DNA from: a virus
DNA: 64,000 nt
IMG/VR virus record: IMGVR_UViG_3300045988_148972
Reading direction: 5' to 3' (one strand)
Shown: one piece after another, positions 15,023 to 25,255 of the stretch
How positions within the stretch are numbered: the first letter of the stretch is position 1
Layout: every line of letters begins with the position of its first letter
The notes under the pieces: model-generated
What the model was told of the DNA's origin: nothing
The model's input: only the letters and a program-made list of their open reading frames with translations
The model's database searches: none
Made by a program: the position numbers and the translations under genes

Positions 15023-18000
15023 TAACTGACTACCAGAATAACGGATACCGAATTTCATATCAGGGAGTGTCCATGATAGAAAATGCGCTTGACAACCCTA
15101 ATCTAATTCAGATAGGGGTTTCGTCAGGATGTACCATTATGGTAGCTCCAGAAAAAGATTACGGAATAGACTATCTTCCAAATGGTGAATACAAGACTTG
15201 GAAACTAACAGGATATAACACGCGCCTAAACCGAACGGAAGAACATTATATTTATGCTCGTCTAACCAGAAACTCGGATACTGCTATGATTCTTTTTTCC
15301 GTTAACGAATATGCTATTGACGGAAGCATTGGTGGGCAGAATCCTAGCGAATATTACTATTATATACGAATAGGGAAGATTACTGCAACCGACAAGTTGG
15401 AAGAAGCTACTCTTGATCGAGAGATTACATTGGATTACGGTAAACTTTCTACACCTGCTGGGCAAACGCAGGATACAGCCGGATGGAAGGAGCTATTTAG
15501 TGTAACTGCAGATGATCTTATTCGTCCATTGAAAAAGTTCACTTCCTACATTGTACAAGGTACACTATCTATTATTGGGAAGTTGGTTATCAACGATAAG
15601 CAGATTTCAGATGTAGCAAGACAGGTAGATGAAGGGGAATTTTCTGCCAGTGATGAACTTATACCAACGACGGCTTTACTTGTAGGGAAATATATAACAA
15701 AGATTAGAGAATATTTTTTAAGTAAAGATAGGGAAGATCAGACTAAATTCTTGCTAAGGCTTATTGGAGGAGCAGAATTTGGAACTTATGCTTCAGGAAT
15801 ATCAGGAGCACAAATTTCTTCCGATGGAGCAGCAGAATTACTCAATTTATTGCTTCGTGGTGCTTTAACTATTGGAGATTATCAGGTTAAAAAATCTGGT
15901 GCTAAAATAGACGAGCAGGGCGTTGCAGACTTACTTTCTATACTTGTACGAAACGGTATGGAATCAGCCAACTTTTCTACTGGTGCTTTAGGTACTGGAT
16001 TCTGTCTGAAAAAAGATGAAAATGGCGACAGTTACCTGGAAGTAGACCGTATGCTTGTCCGAAAGGTAGCTACATTTATACAGTTGCTTATCCAGCAGAT
16101 CAAGCATGTTGGCGGTCAGATTATTCTAACTCCGGCATCTATGTCGTGTGTTAAGGTAGAGGATAAAGGAGATTTCTATCGTTGCTACTTTGAAAACACG
16201 GACGGAGAAAAGACAATAGAGCAGGAATTTGTGGTCGGTGATTTGGCTAGAGCGCAGACTTTTAACGTAAAGGAGGGTGTTAATGAAAATGTAACTAATA
16301 CCTACTATTGGCGTGCTGTCGTAGGAACAGGAGATAACTATATAGATTTATCCAAAACAGATTGCGATGCAGGTTCTACCGAGCCAAAAGCTGGCGATGA
16401 TATTGTACAGTTAGGAAATAAGTCTGACGCTACACGTCAGGCAGCTATTATCTTGTCTGCATACGGCAATGATGCACCTTATTTCAAGTTATATCGTGGT
16501 ATTAATTCCTATTCTTTGGACGGAAAAGAATTTGTTTCTTTTTCACGTTCAGAAGTAATGATTATTGCCGATGCAATAAAATTCAGTTCCGGAGAAAGCG
16601 TAAAGGACTATATCGACAACGCGGTAGGGGAAGTCAATACAAAAGTAGACGATGCTATATCTGATTTATCTGAAAACATTTCATTTGTAAATCAGTTATC
16701 TAAGGATTTAGAAGCTGTTAAAAACCAAATAGACGGTGCTATTGAAACATGGTTTTATGAACCAGTTCCTACATTAAGTAACGAACCTGCTGTAAATTGG
16801 ACTACAAACGAAGATAAGAATGTACATTTAGGTGACTTGTATTATGACGGAAACGGAAAGGCTTACCGTTTCCAGATGTCAGGTACTTCTTATGTATGGC
16901 AGGTAATAACCGATTCTGATATCACAAAAGCTTTGGCTGACGCTAAAAAAGCACAAGACACAGCAGATGGAAAGAGAAGGGTATTTGTAACTACCCCATC
17001 TAATGCTTCAGTGTATGATATTGGAGATTTGTGGGTTAATGCAACATACGGAAGCTACAAGAATGATTTGCTTCGATGCAAAACGTCTAAACAAGCAAAT
17101 GCTCAGTTTTCTATTGAGCATTGGGAACTTGCAACAAGATACACAGACGATACTAAGGCTAATCAGGCAATAGAGGATGCGGCTAACGCAAAAGCAGCAG
17201 CAGACAACGCACAAACTGATGCAAATGAAGCAAAAGAAAGATTAGATAGCTGGGCTTCTGATGGTTCTATTTCTCCAACGGAAAAACAGTCACTAAAAGA
17301 AGAGATATCAAGGATTGATGCAGATAAAACACAGATTGCAAACGGATATGCTAAGTATAACTTAGATACTCCTACAAATTACAACAATGCACACACGGCT
17401 TATCGTGCTGTGTTGGTAACTCTTACTGCATCTTCGCCTGAAACAATCACTATCCCGTCCGATTTTGCTACAAAGCAAACTGCATATTATACACAGAGAA
17501 CAAATGCTTTAACTGCTATTTCAAATGCTGCACGTGATTATGCGCAAGGTATCGCCAACGACTTAAATACCTATAAGCAAACTGTAAGTTCTCAATTTGA
17601 GCAGACCAACAACAGCATTACTGCTGCTGTAACTTCTTCAAAGGAATACACAAATAATGCTATTAATAATATTCAGATTGGAGGAAGAAACTATTTTGCT
17701 TTTTCTAGGACTAAAATAAAAAATACTAGTGGGACAGGAAAATTTGATAAAAGTATTAATGGAGCTGTTTTAACAACAGGAAGTAATTCTACAAGCAAAG
17801 GAATTGTAAGATTCAATAACTTCGGTTTAACTGATGCGGGTGATTATACACTTTCATGTGAAATAAAAGCAACGTCTGACGTAACTATAAAAATAGATAT
17901 ATGCGATTATACAATTCTTAATAATATAGCTGTTACAAACCAATACAAAAAAATAAAATTAACAGGAAGAGTTGCTGCTTACATAAACGGTGTTGGTGGA

Positions 18001-20736
18001 TATTACGGATTTGTAGACTTTGATGAAGTTTCTGATATTCCTGATGGTGTAAAAATTTACATAAAGAATTTCAAATTAGAATCAGGCAATAAAGCTACCG
18101 ACTGGTCGCCTGCCCCCGAAGATTCAGAAAACGCTTTGACAGAATACAAAAAAGAAGTCACTGCACAATTCAGTGTATTGGAAGGCGAAATTAGCAGCAA
18201 GGTTTCTTCCACAGAAATGACCACAATTAAACAAGAAATTCTTAATTCTGCTGCAACTGATGCAGCAAATAAGGTTAATAGTATTCAAGTAGGAGGAAGA
18301 AACTATGCTTTAGGTACAGGCACTAAGAAGGAAACTACTCCAAACAATTCTAGCAACCAACTATATAATCTATATGTTTTAAAAAAGGAATTGGGAGGAA
18401 ATCATATATTTGTATCTGCTAAAGTTAAATTCGAGAATTGTACATTTAGCAGTAACAGTAAAGCTAGCCTACAAGGTAATGGTGCTATGTTTGGTTGGTC
18501 ACCTAATTATACCTTTATTGCAGGAGGAGGACAAAACAAAGAATATATTGTTAAATGGGAAACAGACTTACAGAAACCATCATCAGATAATACAGCCTAT
18601 ATACAATTAAGATTAGATTATATTAATGGTGGAAAAGTTACAGTTTCTGAATTTAAAGCAGAAATAGGCAATAAAGCAACAGACTGGTCACCTGCTCCCG
18701 AAGATGCAGACTCTAAATATGCTACAATTACGACTGTCGAATCTATGCAAACTGAGATTACGCAGTTAAGTAGCGAAATTTCACTCAGGGCTTATAAGTC
18801 AGAAGTTACTGCCGTTCAGAACAACCTTAATCAGACTAATAACAATTTGTCAGCGCTGACTACACGTGTAAGCAAAGCTGAGATAGCATTGCAGCCCGAT
18901 AATATTTGGATTGGCATTTCTTCAAAAGTAACAACAACAACAAAGGTAAACAATATTGTTCCTGATAGCTGCTTTGATGATGCTAATTACAGCTTACTTT
19001 ACGGTGGTGGTTCACGAGTTAGTGCGGCAACTGCTAACAATAGCTGTCCTACAAGTTATTGTATGAAGTCTACTCAACGTGATGTGCAAGCTAGAAATTA
19101 CGTATCTGTTTCAGAAGGAGAAAAATATTACATTTCTGCCTATGTAAATGCTCAATTAGCTAATTATACTGTAAGAGTTGGACTTATATTAAAAAAATCT
19201 GACGGGTCTACAACTTGGATGTATAATAACGACACTTCTGTTGCTTCAAAAACTAGTGGATGGCAAAAAATATCAGGTTATATTACAATTCCTGCTGGAT
19301 ATATAAAGGCTGGTATTTGGTTTCAAATTGATGGAGGTTCAAACTTTGGTTCGGCTTACTTTACAAAGGTATATGCATATAAGGTGGATGAATCCGTTAA
19401 TCAAAACTATGCTTTATTGACAAGCAATGAAAAAAGATTGACTACTTTTAATAATGTAGCAAATCAAAGAAATACATTATACAAAACATCCGGTTTAAGA
19501 AAAGGAGATATAGTGACTATTTCATTTGAGTATGAAGCAAGTAATCTTATTTGGGACACAACAGAAAATTCATATTTTAGGGTTCAGTTTGACGATAAAT
19601 TTGGTTGGACTGCTTATAATATTCCTAATTTAAAATCTAATGGTACAGGTAAAATTATTACTCCTCCCTTAACTTTAGGTGGTAGTGATACAAATATCAA
19701 AGATTCTAATATTGAAATGTGTTTTTATTACATTTCTTCTGTGTTACAAGACAATAAACCAATAGGTTACTTCCGTGTTTGGAATATGAAAGTAGAAAAA
19801 GGCGAAAGGTCAACACCATGGAGTGCTGCACCTAGCGATTATTCCACAACAGAAGAGATTAAGGCTGGTATGCAGATAACCGACAAGGGATTCAACTTCT
19901 TCGGTCAGGAGTTTAACTTCTCAGGACGTATATCAGTCGGAGATTTAGACCCGACAATTATCGAAAATGGTTATTTGCGTGCAAGTCTTATTAATGCCGA
20001 TACACTTGTAGTTAAAACACTTAATGCTTCAAATACAGATGGTGTAAGTACACTTGTAAACAAAGACGGTCTAAAAATGACGCAAGGAAGCAATGTGCTA
20101 TTTAAGCTGACATCCAATAAATCTACAGTAGGAACAACACGATATTACGCACAAATGGACCTTACAACGGCTTATTCGGATGGTTCTACTTTGCAAGGTA
20201 CATTAACGCCCGAATCTTTATTTCTTCGTGGTAAGACTAAAAGCACTGACAAGACATTGAAAACTACATTGATGTATAATGGCTTGATGATTTATGATGA
20301 AAATGGTACAGGTCTTACTGTTAACACAAAAGGAATACAGCTTACATATTGTGGAAAAACACAAGGAGGTAGTAATGTTTGTGCTGTTGTTCATTATGCT
20401 AAGTGTATATTCTCTGTCTACATTACGGCGCAGGGACGTGTATCATATAATATAGGAGGAAGCATTCCTAATTCATCCGGAACACCAATTGAGTTTTCCG
20501 TAACAAGGACAGGCGCAGGAAGATATAAAGTAACTCATAATATCAATGATTTAAGATATATGGGACAAATCACTGCTTTGTCAAATGGAAATTTGACTGT
20601 AGGTATTTTTGAAAATAGAAATAGCACATCATTCGAGTACTCTACTATTAGCTTTAACGGAAGTGGATGGTATGCTCAAGATTGTGGTGTATATTTATCT
20701 ATATATTACGAATCGCCTAAACTGTTTACATTCTGA
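15019..20736 (+). CDS. Giant tail fibre / host-recognition protein (1905 aa) with three beta-sandwich-like modules
   Basis: Modules start at (I/V)Q(I/V)GGRNY (nt 17671, 18283) and end at GNKATDWSPAPED (nt 18085-18123, 18667-18705). A third module ends at GERSTPWSAAPSD (nt 19801-19840). Has long coiled-coil and Ala/Thr/Asn-rich linkers. Confidence 0.7.
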   Translation: MITDYQNNGYRISYQGVSMIENALDNPNLIQIGVSSGCTIMVAPEKDYGIDYLPNGEYKTWKLTGYNTRLNRTEEHYIYARLTRNSDTAMILFSVNEYAIDGSIGGQNPSEYYYYIRIGKITATDKLEEATLDREITLDYGKLSTPAGQTQDTAGWKELFSVTADDLIRPLKKFTSYIVQGTLSIIGKLVINDKQISDVARQVDEGEFSASDELIPTTALLVGKYITKIREYFLSKDREDQTKFLLRLIGGAEFGTYASGISGAQISSDGAAELLNLLLRGALTIGDYQVKKSGAKIDEQGVADLLSILVRNGMESANFSTGALGTGFCLKKDENGDSYLEVDRMLVRKVATFIQLLIQQIKHVGGQIILTPASMSCVKVEDKGDFYRCYFENTDGEKTIEQEFVVGDLARAQTFNVKEGVNENVTNTYYWRAVVGTGDNYIDLSKTDCDAGSTEPKAGDDIVQLGNKSDATRQAAIILSAYGNDAPYFKLYRGINSYSLDGKEFVSFSRSEVMIIADAIKFSSGESVKDYIDNAVGEVNTKVDDAISDLSENISFVNQLSKDLEAVKNQIDGAIETWFYEPVPTLSNEPAVNWTTNEDKNVHLGDLYYDGNGKAYRFQMSGTSYVWQVITDSDITKALADAKKAQDTADGKRRVFVTTPSNASVYDIGDLWVNATYGSYKNDLLRCKTSKQANAQFSIEHWELATRYTDDTKANQAIEDAANAKAAADNAQTDANEAKERLDSWASDGSISPTEKQSLKEEISRIDADKTQIANGYAKYNLDTPTNYNNAHTAYRAVLVTLTASSPETITIPSDFATKQTAYYTQRTNALTAISNAARDYAQGIANDLNTYKQTVSSQFEQTNNSITAAVTSSKEYTNNAINNIQIGGRNYFAFSRTKIKNTSGTGKFDKSINGAVLTTGSNSTSKGIVRFNNFGLTDAGDYTLSCEIKATSDVTIKIDICDYTILNNIAVTNQYKKIKLTGRVAAYINGVGGYYGFVDFDEVSDIPDGVKIYIKNFKLESGNKATDWSPAPEDSENALTEYKKEVTAQFSVLEGEISSKVSSTEMTTIKQEILNSAATDAANKVNSIQVGGRNYALGTGTKKETTPNNSSNQLYNLYVLKKELGGNHIFVSAKVKFENCTFSSNSKASLQGNGAMFGWSPNYTFIAGGGQNKEYIVKWETDLQKPSSDNTAYIQLRLDYINGGKVTVSEFKAEIGNKATDWSPAPEDADSKYATITTVESMQTEITQLSSEISLRAYKSEVTAVQNNLNQTNNNLSALTTRVSKAEIALQPDNIWIGISSKVTTTTKVNNIVPDSCFDDANYSLLYGGGSRVSAATANNSCPTSYCMKSTQRDVQARNYVSVSEGEKYYISAYVNAQLANYTVRVGLILKKSDGSTTWMYNNDTSVASKTSGWQKISGYITIPAGYIKAGIWFQIDGGSNFGSAYFTKVYAYKVDESVNQNYALLTSNEKRLTTFNNVANQRNTLYKTSGLRKGDIVTISFEYEASNLIWDTTENSYFRVQFDDKFGWTAYNIPNLKSNGTGKIITPPLTLGGSDTNIKDSNIEMCFYYISSVLQDNKPIGYFRVWNMKVEKGERSTPWSAAPSDYSTTEEIKAGMQITDKGFNFFGQEFNFSGRISVGDLDPTIIENGYLRASLINADTLVVKTLNASNTDGVSTLVNKDGLKMTQGSNVLFKLTSNKSTVGTTRYYAQMDLTTAYSDGSTLQGTLTPESLFLRGKTKSTDKTLKTTLMYNGLMIYDENGTGLTVNTKGIQLTYCGKTQGGSNVCAVVHYAKCIFSVYITAQGRVSYNIGGSIPNSSGTPIEFSVTRTGAGRYKVTHNINDLRYMGQITALSNGNLTVGIFENRNSTSFEYSTISFNGSGWYAQDCGVYLSIYYESPKLFTF

Positions 20737-20771
20737 TTTAAATTTTGTATATTTGTAAAAACTATTTAATT

Positions 20772-21050
20772 ATGAAAAAACTGAATTTTAAAGCCGTTCC
20801 GACAAGGGACATCGAAGGCAACCTAGAGCCTAGAGATATTTCAAAAGAACTAGGAAACTTTATCTATCGTGAAACCTCCGACTTGGGAGAATTGGATTTG
20901 GCACAAAGAATCTACAAGGACGGAGAAGTGGAAGTCAATGAGAGTGAAGTAGAAATCATCCGAAGATACATGAACCGCGGATATAAGGCATTTGTAAAGA
21001 AAGCCTTCGAGGAAATGGTTTCGGATGTTCAAGAAGTTCAATCTTTATAA
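20772..21050 (+). CDS. Hypothetical protein
   Basis: ORF 20745 starts at a TTG. First ATG at 20772 (MKKLNFKAV). Confidence 0.55.
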   Translation: MKKLNFKAVPTRDIEGNLEPRDISKELGNFIYRETSDLGELDLAQRIYKDGEVEVNESEVEIIRRYMNRGYKAFVKKAFEEMVSDVQEVQSL

Positions 21051-21063
21051 ATCAGATAAATAT

Positions 21064-21708
21064 ATGGATGTAAAAAATCAGTCTTACGGAAAAGTTATCA
21101 GTGCTTCTTATCAGCACTACATTACACTGACAGAAGTAGAAGATAAGTACAAGCCTATCTTCACTACTATCACAGTACCGTCATGGGAAGGGCTAGACCA
21201 ATTTGTTGAGATAGACGAAGCAGAAGCGGAAAGAATACGTACAGTCAAGAACGCTGCCAAAGGGAATGTAGAATATCCAGAAGAGCTGGTTAATCAAATG
21301 ATTGGGCTGTTTGCTACTTCTATCAACACTATGAGCCTGACAGACGAACAAGCATTGCAATTCAAGAATTTATACCCAGCATGGGAAACATTTATTAACC
21401 AGAAACTTGAAAAAGACTACAAGGTATTGTACGAAGATAAGCTGTACAAGGTTAAACAGACTATCGAAAAGGTATTGCAAAATCAGCCACCTTCAATAGA
21501 CACAGCAGCTTTGTATGAAGAAATCAATGAAGCTAATGCAGGCACACTTGAAGACCCTATCCCTTACAACACCAACATGGAGTTGTTTGAAGGGAAATAT
21601 TATTCTCAGAACAGCGTCACTTATAAATGTACTCGTAACACAGGACAGCCAGTCTATGAAGACCTATCAGCACTAGTAGATATATATGTCGAACAAGTAG
21701 AACAATAG
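21064..21708 (+). CDS. Putative carbohydrate-binding (CBM5/12-like) protein, paralog of 27123..27830
   Basis: LYPAWE...KLYKVKQ segment plus the shared C-terminus GTLEDPIPYN...GKYYSQNSVTYKCTRNTG. Trimmed to the ATG at 21064. Confidence 0.55.
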   Translation: MDVKNQSYGKVISASYQHYITLTEVEDKYKPIFTTITVPSWEGLDQFVEIDEAEAERIRTVKNAAKGNVEYPEELVNQMIGLFATSINTMSLTDEQALQFKNLYPAWETFINQKLEKDYKVLYEDKLYKVKQTIEKVLQNQPPSIDTAALYEEINEANAGTLEDPIPYNTNMELFEGKYYSQNSVTYKCTRNTGQPVYEDLSALVDIYVEQVEQ

Positions 21709-21750
21709 TGTTATGGAATCATATTAGAGATAGATAAACATCTTCTCCTA

Positions 21751-21790
21751 TTTTTGTCCTTTATATACTATACATGGATAATTAACTTTA
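21751..21790 (+). promoter_or_regulatory. Phage late-type promoter cassette (variant)
   Basis: TTTTTGTCCTTTA at 21751-21763, TAACTTTA at 21783-21790 with the same 26-nt geometry, ATG at 21806. Confidence 0.45.
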
Positions 21791-21805
21791 CATTAAAAAC
21801 AGATT

Positions 21806-22090
21806 ATGGAACAAAGAGAATTATCTTTCAATGAACAGAATGGATATTATATATCTGAAGAAAAAGTAAATGCAGATTATAATCTGCATATAGAGATGGA
21901 AGAAGAAAAAGGTTCTGTCGAAATTTATCAAAGAGGCAGTGACTCGGGAGAATATCGGCGTGTATATACACAAACAGGGTGGGGAAAAGTGGTGGACGCA
22001 GATTTCCAGCATGCAGTATATCCTAAATATATAAAAATAAAGGTAAGGAGTAAAGTCGTTATGGCTACTATAAGGGAGGCAGACGTATGA
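21806..22090 (+). CDS. Hypothetical protein
   Basis: ORF track, 94 aa. Confidence 0.6.
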   Translation: MEQRELSFNEQNGYYISEEKVNADYNLHIEMEEEKGSVEIYQRGSDSGEYRRVYTQTGWGKVVDADFQHAVYPKYIKIKVRSKVVMATIREADV

Positions 22091-22290
22091 ACAAAACATT
22101 ACCTGTAAAAATAAAAATGTCTATATATCGAATTGGTTTTGGCATCGACTCTGGGATTGAGAAGGAGAGTATAACTGAAAATATTCCCAGATCAGTTCCT
22201 ATACGGCTTGAAACCGGAGAAATAATGTGTAGCGAATCCGGTAGCTACATTGTACTTGAAAACCTTTTACATAAATATAAAAAGAAGTAA
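22087..22290 (+). CDS. Hypothetical protein
   Basis: ORF track, 67 aa. Overlapping start/stop. Confidence 0.5.
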   Translation: MNKTLPVKIKMSIYRIGFGIDSGIEKESITENIPRSVPIRLETGEIMCSESGSYIVLENLLHKYKKK

Positions 22291-22292
22291 AA

Positions 22293-22910
22293 ATGGAACT
22301 GGCATGTGATATAATGGATATAGGAACATTAGATATATGCCCTAAAGAAACATATTCGGGAATAGGTCATGTAATATATGTGACTTATCCCGAAGATCTT
22401 GTGGAAAAACCTTTTTACGAGAATGGTGAAGCTGCTTTTTCACTTTCATCTTTTGTATTTAAACCTGGTAGAGGGGCATATCGTATTTATATCAAGAAAA
22501 AAAGCGGAAGAATACAGTCTGTCGGATATGATAGGGATAAAGGATACAAGGTTAATCTGATGTTTACGATTGATCGTGTTTTAGAAAAATCATCAAGGCT
22601 GCTTCGCATATTGAAAAATAGAGAAGATGCGATATTTTTTGTTGATCGGTTTGATGGAGGATACTATGTTGTGTATGATCCGGTGTTCGGTACGAAAGTA
22701 AGTAATTCCTATGATAGCGGGAAAGCTCCTGATTCTGATAGAGGATATTCTGTTACTGTCACCTGTGATCCATCTAAATACTCATTGACTAAGTGGGATG
22801 GAACTCTTACTATATTAAAGAGGTCATTGTCTTTTCTTTCTACTGAAGATGGTCGTCCGATATTTACAGAGAAAAACGAATATATTTTGTCAAACAAAAT
22901 AAAACTTTAA
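22293..22910 (+). CDS. Hypothetical virion-module protein
   Basis: ORF track, 205 aa. Confidence 0.65.
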   Translation: MELACDIMDIGTLDICPKETYSGIGHVIYVTYPEDLVEKPFYENGEAAFSLSSFVFKPGRGAYRIYIKKKSGRIQSVGYDRDKGYKVNLMFTIDRVLEKSSRLLRILKNREDAIFFVDRFDGGYYVVYDPVFGTKVSNSYDSGKAPDSDRGYSVTVTCDPSKYSLTKWDGTLTILKRSLSFLSTEDGRPIFTEKNEYILSNKIKL

Positions 22911-22914
22911 GTAT

Positions 22915-23760
22915 ATGGCTATAGAAGATCAAGATGGTGTAAAAATTAGTGATATGCCCGATTTAAGTTCAATAACGGGTAAAGAATATTTTCCTGTAGT
23001 TGATTCTGCTGGTACAAACAGAAAGGTTGCTACATCATTGCTTGCTACAAAAACCGAACTTGAAGGCAAGGCGGATAAATCCGAAATAGTTGATATGGCA
23101 ACAAAGACTTGGATAGGTCAGCAAGGTTTTTTGACAGAGCATCAAGATATATCTCAGCTAGCTACGAAACAAGAAGTTACACAAGGATTGTCGGGAAAAC
23201 AAGATACACTTCAAAGCGGTACTACTATTAAAACCATTAATGGGCAGTCAATACTCGGTTCGGGTGACTTGGAGATACAGACGGACACGGGAGGTATTTC
23301 GGATGCTCCATCTGACGGAAAGAAGTATGTCCGCAGCAACGGGAACTGGGTAGAAGAAACAACGGTAGACACATCTAATTTCGCAACTAAGACTGAACTT
23401 GAAGGCAAAGTAGATGATTCTGAAATTGCAGATATGCTGACTAAAACAGAGGCAGCTTCTACTTATCAGCCTATAGGAGATTACTTAACTGCTATCCCTG
23501 ATGAATATGTAACAGAAACAGAGTTGAACGGTAAAGGATATGCAACTACTACGCAATTATCCGATGCAGTAGCAGATAAACTAACTAAGACGCAAGCGGA
23601 TGGGTATTATCAGGCTACAGGTGATTATGCGTTAAAATCGGAGATCCCCGATGTAAGCGGTTTTATCACCTCTACTCAGGCAGACGAGAAGTATGCTACA
23701 TTAGAGCAAATTGGAAACATTGATACTATATTGGATGAAATAAATGGGGAGGTGATATAA
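22915..23760 (+). CDS. Tail fibre-like protein with internal repeats
   Basis: Repeated ATKTELEGK(A/V)D(K/D)SEI(V/A)DM segments and a fibre-like N-terminus (SDMPDLSSITGKEYFPVVD). Confidence 0.6.
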   Translation: MAIEDQDGVKISDMPDLSSITGKEYFPVVDSAGTNRKVATSLLATKTELEGKADKSEIVDMATKTWIGQQGFLTEHQDISQLATKQEVTQGLSGKQDTLQSGTTIKTINGQSILGSGDLEIQTDTGGISDAPSDGKKYVRSNGNWVEETTVDTSNFATKTELEGKVDDSEIADMLTKTEAASTYQPIGDYLTAIPDEYVTETELNGKGYATTTQLSDAVADKLTKTQADGYYQATGDYALKSEIPDVSGFITSTQADEKYATLEQIGNIDTILDEINGEVI

Positions 23761-25178
23761 TGGGAACGACAGCAGACAAACTTAATAAGTTAAAAGAAAG
23801 CAAAGCCGCCATAAAGGCAGCCATTGAAGCAAAGGGTGTAGAAAATGTAGGAGAAATCCTTTCAGAATACCCGGCTAAAATAGCAGCCATTCCGACAGGG
23901 GATGAATACGCCCTTGAATCGCAAATGCTGATACTGCCGGTACGCTCAACCACCATTACCACCAGTGAAGGAAAGACAGCGGCAATAGCTACAAACGACC
24001 ACATCAAGATTGTAGATACCAACCTGGAGCATTACACAGTAAAAGAATGGAACGACCGAAGCGTGGCAAATGGCTTTGACAACGAACTTATTGCTCCTCC
24101 TGTAGGCTTTTCTCTGGAATGTAACGGAATCAGAACGATATTGTATTGGCCGTGGCAGGGAGAATATTACGCCACGTCCGGCAGTACAAGCAAAGTATCA
24201 AACGGAATACAGCATTCAGTCTATGAATACGACCAGATGACCGGAGCCAGGGAAGGGACTGATTATCACGGCACGGCAGATGAAAACCTTGGTACTCACG
24301 CCGTAGGAAGTCACTTTGCTGCAGACTGGAGCGTAACAGTAACGGAAGATGACAAGCTTGAACTTTATAGCGGTAACACCAAACAACGCTGGATAATGGA
24401 AAAGAATTGCGGCAATGTAGATGTTATGATAGCGAATAATTACGCCGAACGTCTTGAAGCCATGTATGTACAAAATGAATGGCTTCGCCACAGGTTTGCC
24501 ATCTGTAGCGGCATAACATCTTCTGAAGCAGAAGGCACAATAACCGATGTGGAAATCCTAAATTCATCAGGCGTACAGGCTCAGGTAGGTGAAGATATGT
24601 TTTTCTTCGTAAACAGCCAGAACACAGGTTTGAAAGCAATGTACAATACAAATAATAAGTATTCAGTAAACAACGGATATTATTTCAAACCTGAATACGC
24701 TGAATGGCTGTACGAACAGCAGAAAACAAACGGTGTAAACATGAACGACACCGGAGTAAACTCCGCCAAACGACCTCTTCTTTCTCCGGGCGCAAAAGGA
24801 GCGGAAGCAATTACCGTTGACGGGTATTGGTATATCATTACCCCATACATAAGCAGACCGGGAAATTCCAGTACAAATTACGACTGGAATATGGCAGATT
24901 CTCATGCTGTATATTACATCAAAACACTTGAAGGGAAGTATATGGCAGGAGAGAAAGAATTATATCCATACTGGACGAACAAAAGCATAATTTCAGGATT
25001 GATAAACTATCTTAACAGTTATGAAAAATGGGGCATACCTGGCGTTCTGGGCGGCAACGTCTGGAGCTGTGTCCGCAACCTTGGCAACTACGCATGGTAT
25101 GTGTACATGGGCAATGGTACCTTGAGCAACTTCAACACGATCAACACCTTTAGTGTGGTGCCGGCCTCCGCTTTTTGA
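23760..25178 (+). CDS. DGR target protein (tail fibre / receptor-binding candidate) with C-terminal variable region
   Basis: 472 aa. The N-terminus, LNKLKESKAAIKAAIEAKGV, is fibre-like. The last 44 codons are the VR. The pattern WSCVRN..AWYV.MGNG resembles C-type-lectin-fold DGR variable domains. Confidence 0.85.
   Translation: MGTTADKLNKLKESKAAIKAAIEAKGVENVGEILSEYPAKIAAIPTGDEYALESQMLILPVRSTTITTSEGKTAAIATNDHIKIVDTNLEHYTVKEWNDRSVANGFDNELIAPPVGFSLECNGIRTILYWPWQGEYYATSGSTSKVSNGIQHSVYEYDQMTGAREGTDYHGTADENLGTHAVGSHFAADWSVTVTEDDKLELYSGNTKQRWIMEKNCGNVDVMIANNYAERLEAMYVQNEWLRHRFAICSGITSSEAEGTITDVEILNSSGVQAQVGEDMFFFVNSQNTGLKAMYNTNNKYSVNNGYYFKPEYAEWLYEQQKTNGVNMNDTGVNSAKRPLLSPGAKGAEAITVDGYWYIITPYISRPGNSSTNYDWNMADSHAVYYIKTLEGKYMAGEKELYPYWTNKSIISGLINYLNSYEKWGIPGVLGGNVWSCVRNLGNYAWYVYMGNGTLSNFNTINTFSVVPASAF
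25045..25176 (+). repeat. DGR variable repeat (VR)
   Basis: 120/132 identical to the TR at 25689-25820. All mismatches correspond to A in the TR. Confidence 0.9.
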
Positions 25179-25186
25179 TTTATCTC

Positions 25187-25205
25187 AGCCGTGCGGAGCA
25201 CGGCT
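25187..25205 (+). other. GC-rich hairpin just downstream of VR (candidate DGR target-recognition cruciform)
   Basis: AGCCGTGC-GGA-GCACGGCT forms an 8-bp stem starting 10 nt after the VR end. No counterpart follows the TR. Confidence 0.55.
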
Positions 25206-25255
25206 TATCAATTTTTGAATTAAAATATATTAACATTTAATACGCGACAATAGAA

